From a virus, in IMG/VR virus record IMGVR_UViG_3300034032_000007, positions 1 through 46,628 of that record: DNA of 46,628 bases. One strand, given 5' to 3'. The notes below the pieces were generated by a model. It had not been told where the DNA came from. It made no database searches and saw nothing but the letters and a program-made list of their open reading frames with translations. Shown here in pieces: positions 42,633 to 46,628 of this stretch; position 1 is the stretch's first letter, and each line of letters starts with the position of its first letter. The translations under genes were made by a program, and so were the position numbers.

Positions 42633-43330
42633 TGATCGTGCCTTTGGGCTCAACTATTGCGGGTGTACGTCGCCGCATCCACATTCTTACCGCGTCTAAT
42701 GCCGCGCTTGCGATCCCAACGTGGGCTCAAGGTGGCAAGGGGCTGATGCTGGTCACCGGCACTGGCGGTGGCGGTGGTGGCGGTAACGATGGCGCGTTCT
42801 CAGGGTCGGACGGTGGCAGTGGCGCGATGGCGTTTAACCATCCCATCCCGATTCCATCTGGCATCACGACTGCCAACATCGCTATTGGTGCAGGCGGCAC
42901 TGCGGCAACAAGCGGAAATTCCGGTGGTACAGGTGGCGCGTGTTCAATCACGCTAGGTTCTGTTGTTCCGCTCTTGTTGGGCGGCGGGAGTGGCGGTCCC
43001 TCTAGCAACTCACCGGGTACAGGCGGCACACCGCAAGTGTACGGCGCGAATTTCCTGGTCAACGCCGGCAGCGACACTACGGGCGTTACGACCTTGAACA
43101 TGGCCGCGGCCTTCCAAACGCTTGCCCGAGGCATACACGGCTACGCGAGCGCCAATTTGCAGCCGTATGGCATGAACGCCCGGATGGCAACGCCCTTTGG
43201 CGGCGCAAGCAATGGGGCGACTCCCGGCTCAGGATATGGTTACGGTGGAAAGGGGACTAGCAGTGGCGGCGGCGCGGCCTACGCGGGCGGTCCAGGCATG
43301 CTGATCATTGAATTCGTGGAGGGCTACTGA
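42632..43330 (+). CDS. glycine-rich fibre-associated protein
   Basis: TGTGGGGGGGNDGAFSGSDGGSG...IGAGGTAATSGNSGGTGG...GGPGMLIIEF resembles glycine-rich domains seen in phage fibre modules. The start overlaps the upstream stop. Confidence 0.55.
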   Translation: MIVPLGSTIAGVRRRIHILTASNAALAIPTWAQGGKGLMLVTGTGGGGGGGNDGAFSGSDGGSGAMAFNHPIPIPSGITTANIAIGAGGTAATSGNSGGTGGACSITLGSVVPLLLGGGSGGPSSNSPGTGGTPQVYGANFLVNAGSDTTGVTTLNMAAAFQTLARGIHGYASANLQPYGMNARMATPFGGASNGATPGSGYGYGGKGTSSGGGAAYAGGPGMLIIEFVEGY

Positions 43331-43767
43331 TGTCCAAGGTATTTGCCATCGTTGAAAGCGGCGTGGTCACCAACGTGATCAATGCCGAGTCGTGGCAGGG
43401 CGGCATCGACGTAACCAACGTGACGCCGCGTCCCGGTCCCGGCTGGACGTACAGCAACGGCGTGTTCACCGCGCCGGCTCCGGTGGTGCGTGAGCGTTTC
43501 AACGTACTCAAGGCCGAACTGCTGCGCGAAATGTCGCCTGCCGAGTACGCCACCTGGGAGAACATCGCCCACATCGCGCGCACCACCACGGCGACTCAGG
43601 CGCAGCGGCGTGCGCTCAAGGCGCTGGCCGTGTTCAACGCCTACCCGCCGATGTTCGACAAGCGCGATGGCTCTTTCAGCGGACTCAAGGCGATCTGGGT
43701 GGAAAATGGCATTGTTGCCACTGATGCGCGTGCAGATGCCATCATTACGGCGGCATTGACGGGGTAA
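43330..43767 (+). CDS. hypothetical protein (possible fibre assembly/chaperone by position)
   Basis: 145 aa. The N-terminus MSKVFAIVESGVVTNVI is a pattern common in small phage proteins next to fibre genes. Functional evidence is weak. Confidence 0.45.
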   Translation: MSKVFAIVESGVVTNVINAESWQGGIDVTNVTPRPGPGWTYSNGVFTAPAPVVRERFNVLKAELLREMSPAEYATWENIAHIARTTTATQAQRRALKALAVFNAYPPMFDKRDGSFSGLKAIWVENGIVATDARADAIITAALTG

Positions 43768-43773
43768 AACAGC

Positions 43774-45555
43774 GTGGCAGCACTAAAAATGTGGTCAACA
43801 GCGTGTCCCGACTGGGAAAAACGCATCGTAAAGGCGCAAACACTTATCCCGTTTGCGCCTTTATTCCATGAGAACGCCGTCGAAGCGTTGGAAGTTTTCG
43901 ACAATCTCAAGATGGTGGACGCGGCAAATTCGCCCCTTTTCGGGGACATTTGCCGTGAATGGACGCGCGAATTTGTCGCTCAAATCTTTGGCTCTTACGA
44001 AAATGAGACAGGTATTCGGCATATCACCGAATATTTCATGCTCATTTCCAAGAAAAACGGCAAATCCACCACTGCGGCGGGCATTATGCTCACTGCACTC
44101 ATTCTTAACTGGCGAATGGAGGCAGAATTCCTGATTCTGTCGCCGACCAAGGAAATTGCCGACAATTCGTTCAAGCCCGCTGCTGCGATGATCCGCGCGG
44201 ACGAAGAATTGAGCGATTTGTTCATGGTGCAGGACCATCTGCGCCAGATCACGCATCGAGTGACCGGCGCAACGCTCAAAGTAGTCGCTGCTGACAGCAA
44301 TACCGTGTCTGGCAAAAAGGCCGTGGGCGTGTTGGTCGATGAGCTGTGGCTATTCGGCAAGGATGCGAAGGCAGATGCCATGCTGATGGAGGCAACAGGC
44401 GGCATCGCATCGCGCCCCGAGGGCTTCATCATCTACCTGACGACGCAAAGCGATGACCCGCCTGCCGGCGTGTTCAAGACGAAGCTGGAATACGCACGCA
44501 ACGTGCGTGATGGACTCGTGGATGACCCGCAGTTCCTGCCAGTGATCTATGAATTCCCCAAGGCCATGATCAAGGCCAAGGCGTATTTGAAGCCTGAGAA
44601 CTTCTATGTCACCAATCCGAACCTGACGCGCGAAGGTTCCAACGATGGCAGCGTCAACGTTCATTACATCGAGCGTTTGCACCGTCAGGCGATGGAGGAA
44701 GGCGAGGAAAAGCAGCGCATCTTTTTCGCCAAGCATCTGAACGTCGAAATCGGGCTCAATCTGCGCGCGGATCGGTGGGCCGGGACCGAGTTCTGGGAAG
44801 CTGCGGCCGAATTGCCGCAAGTCAGCATCGACTACCTGATTGAACACTGCGAAGTGATCACCGCAGGCATCGACGGCGGCGGTCTTGACGACTTGCTAGG
44901 CATGGCAGCGGTCGGGCGCACCAAGGAGCCGCAGTGGGTCACCATCCCCGAGTACAACGATGAAGAAACGGGCGAGTTGATGCCCGAGCAGCGCGTGTAC
45001 ATCCGCCGATGGGTTGCGTGGATGCATGCATGGGCGCACAAGATCGTGCTGAAGCGCCGCATGGACATTGCCAGCCTGCTGCGCGATTACGCCAAGACGG
45101 GTCACGTCACCATCTGCCAGTACGCAGGCCAGGACACGGAACAAATCGGAAAATTGGTGGCCAAACTGGATCGCAGCGGCCTGCTTTATCAGGTGGGTTT
45201 CGATCCCGCTTGCCTTGGCGGGCTTCTGGATGCCATTATCCTTGAGAACGTGGACCCCGAAAAACTGGTAAAAGTCAATCAGGGGTACAAGCTGGCCGGC
45301 TCGATTCGCACTACTGAACGCAAGTTGTTTGAGCGCGTGTTGATACACGACGGAAATGCGATGTCGAATTGGGTGGTGGGGAACGCCAAGGTGGTACAGA
45401 GGGGCAACGGAACCTATGTCACCAAGCAGGTAAGCGGAACCGCAAAAATTGACCCGCTCATTGCACTGTTCAACGCGGTAGCACTGATGGAACTTAACCC
45501 CGATGCGCAATGTGCTACTGACGACATCGCATCCCAAATGGTGATAGCCGGCTAA
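43774..45555 (+). CDS. terL: terminase large subunit (Terminase_1-like)
   Basis: 593 aa. N-terminus WSTACPDWEKRIVKAQTLIP. Walker A-like ISKKNGKST and Walker B-like VLVDELW. The C-terminal nuclease region includes ITAGIDGGGLDD. The start is GTG 43774 or ATG 43789. Confidence 0.9.
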   Translation: MAALKMWSTACPDWEKRIVKAQTLIPFAPLFHENAVEALEVFDNLKMVDAANSPLFGDICREWTREFVAQIFGSYENETGIRHITEYFMLISKKNGKSTTAAGIMLTALILNWRMEAEFLILSPTKEIADNSFKPAAAMIRADEELSDLFMVQDHLRQITHRVTGATLKVVAADSNTVSGKKAVGVLVDELWLFGKDAKADAMLMEATGGIASRPEGFIIYLTTQSDDPPAGVFKTKLEYARNVRDGLVDDPQFLPVIYEFPKAMIKAKAYLKPENFYVTNPNLTREGSNDGSVNVHYIERLHRQAMEEGEEKQRIFFAKHLNVEIGLNLRADRWAGTEFWEAAAELPQVSIDYLIEHCEVITAGIDGGGLDDLLGMAAVGRTKEPQWVTIPEYNDEETGELMPEQRVYIRRWVAWMHAWAHKIVLKRRMDIASLLRDYAKTGHVTICQYAGQDTEQIGKLVAKLDRSGLLYQVGFDPACLGGLLDAIILENVDPEKLVKVNQGYKLAGSIRTTERKLFERVLIHDGNAMSNWVVGNAKVVQRGNGTYVTKQVSGTAKIDPLIALFNAVALMELNPDAQCATDDIASQMVIAG

Positions 45556-46628
45556 TGAGTATTTGGCATCGAGTCTATGGCGGTTCCATTCGGGGCGGCT
45601 GGCGTACCCACGGCCCCGGTAGTGACGGGCTGGTTGGCGCGTTAGATTCCGGGTCTGACGGCGCAGGGGAGGCGACGGTCAATGCCGAATCCGCCATGCG
45701 CCTGTCGGCGTTCCACGCCTGCATCAGCTTGCGCGCGGAAATCATCGGCTCGCTGCCACTGCATCTGCGCGACGCCAACAAGAACGTGGTGCGTGACCAT
45801 CCGCTTTCGCTCTTGCTGAGCGTGTCGCCCAACGCCAATCAGACCAAGCCCGAATTTTGGTCGCTGGCAACAGCGATGCAGGACATCAAGGGCAACAGTG
45901 TCAGCATCATCGAGCGCATCGGCAAAAAGCCGGTGGCGCTTACGCCAGTGGACCCGGATGATTGCAGCTTCGACTACAACAAGTCGGGCTCGCGCAAGGT
46001 CTGGACCATCGGCAAGGAAAAGTTCAACGATGATGACATCCTGCATCTGAGGGGCTTCAGCCTGAAGTCCGATTGGGGCACGCCCCGTCTGGAATTGGGC
46101 CGACACATCCTTCAGGCGCAGTTGACGGCCAACAACTCCGCGTTGCGCGCGTTCCGCCAGGGTCTGAAGGTCGGCGGCTTTTTCGTCAACGAAGGCACGC
46201 GCGATCTTGGCGGGCCGGAACTGGCGCAGTTCGCCGAGCGGTTGAATTTCTTTGGTCGCCCCGAGAACGCCGGCAAGTGGATGACGTTGCTGAAGGGACT
46301 CAAGCCCATCGCCGGCACCGAGTTCAGCGTCAAGCCTGCCGATGCGCAGTTGCTGGAATCGCGCTATTTCGGCATCGAGGAAATCTGCCGGCTGTGCAGC
46401 GTGCCGCCGCAACTCATCGGCCACACCAACAAGGCGTCCTCGTGGGCATCGAGCATCGAGAACGTCAACCTGTTCTTCCTGATGTACTCGATTCAGCCCA
46501 CGCTGATTCGTAACGAAGCCAGCATCACCAAAAAGCTGTTGACGCCCGAGGACTTCGCCAAGGGCATCAGCCCCAAGTTCAATATCCGTGGCCTGCTGCG
46601 GTCGGATATGAAAACGCAGACCCTTATG
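45555..46628 (+). CDS. portal protein, N-terminal part (open at the window end; continues at 1..295)
   Basis: ATG 45555 overlaps the terL stop (TAATG). The frame stays open to the end of the window and is in phase with 38..295 through the 127-nt duplicated junction. Confidence 0.85.
   Translation, partial: MSIWHRVYGGSIRGGWRTHGPGSDGLVGALDSGSDGAGEATVNAESAMRLSAFHACISLRAEIIGSLPLHLRDANKNVVRDHPLSLLLSVSPNANQTKPEFWSLATAMQDIKGNSVSIIERIGKKPVALTPVDPDDCSFDYNKSGSRKVWTIGKEKFNDDDILHLRGFSLKSDWGTPRLELGRHILQAQLTANNSALRAFRQGLKVGGFFVNEGTRDLGGPELAQFAERLNFFGRPENAGKWMTLLKGLKPIAGTEFSVKPADAQLLESRYFGIEEICRLCSVPPQLIGHTNKASSWASSIENVNLFFLMYSIQPTLIRNEASITKKLLTPEDFAKGISPKFNIRGLLRSDMKTQTLM
46502..46628. repeat. exact duplicate of 1..127
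   Basis: Read directly. Confidence 0.97.

Noticed and set aside
42760-42790. Poly-glycine coding run (GGY)n in the glycine-rich protein, and the GGGGGG run in the tape measure gene (8625-8650), as phase-variable simple-sequence repeats.
   Set aside because: The codons are mixed (ggc/ggt/gga) rather than a homopolymer or perfect microsatellite, so slipped-strand switching is unlikely. The runs are consistent with ordinary Gly-rich linkers.

Overview
The window is a complete, circularly permuted genome of a tailed dsDNA phage with a lambda/HK97-like siphovirus layout. Bases 1-127 are identical to 46502-46628, so the unique length is 46,501 bp and the linearisation point splits the portal gene. 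GC content is high, which suggests a high-GC proteobacterial host, but the host cannot be determined from the sequence. I saw no rRNA, tRNA, CRISPR array, transposase, integrase or reverse transcriptase.

Layout:
1. + strand, 45555 across the junction to 16739: portal, HK97-type prohead protease, major capsid, connector and neck proteins, major tail protein, G/GT-type chaperone pair with a -1 slippery site, tape measure, lambda M/L/K/I/J-like tip genes, and an unusual 760-aa beta-propeller plus LamG-like distal protein.
2. Back-to-back terminators, then a small minus-strand operon (64-aa ORF plus XRE-type HTH) divergent from a + strand rhomboid protease gene.
3. Minus-strand replication arm, 18128-24037: family-B DNA polymerase, SSB-like protein, Cas4-like DUF2800 nuclease.
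4. Divergent control region, then a + strand early arm, 24132-34921: SF2 helicase, VRR-NUC nuclease, HTH protein, DUF1643 protein, orphan C5 cytosine methyltransferase, AEP primase/SF3 helicase. Most genes here overlap by ATGA or GTGA.
5. AT-rich repeat-bearing intergenic region, then the lysis cassette: amidase, two membrane proteins, overlapped Rz/Rz1.
6. A 430-bp non-coding region with four tandem ~25-bp repeats, then a minus-strand cassette of seven small unknown genes.
7. HNH endonuclease, terS, a four-to-five-gene fibre-like cassette inserted between terS and terL, then terL.

Most worth a second look: the phage-borne rhomboid protease, the propeller/LamG tail protein, the fibre cassette that splits terS from terL, the tandem repeats at 37007-37107, the promoter/small-ORF/HTH/terminator mini-operon, and the reverse-strand accessory cassette. 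All family assignments come from reading motifs by eye. No database search was run.
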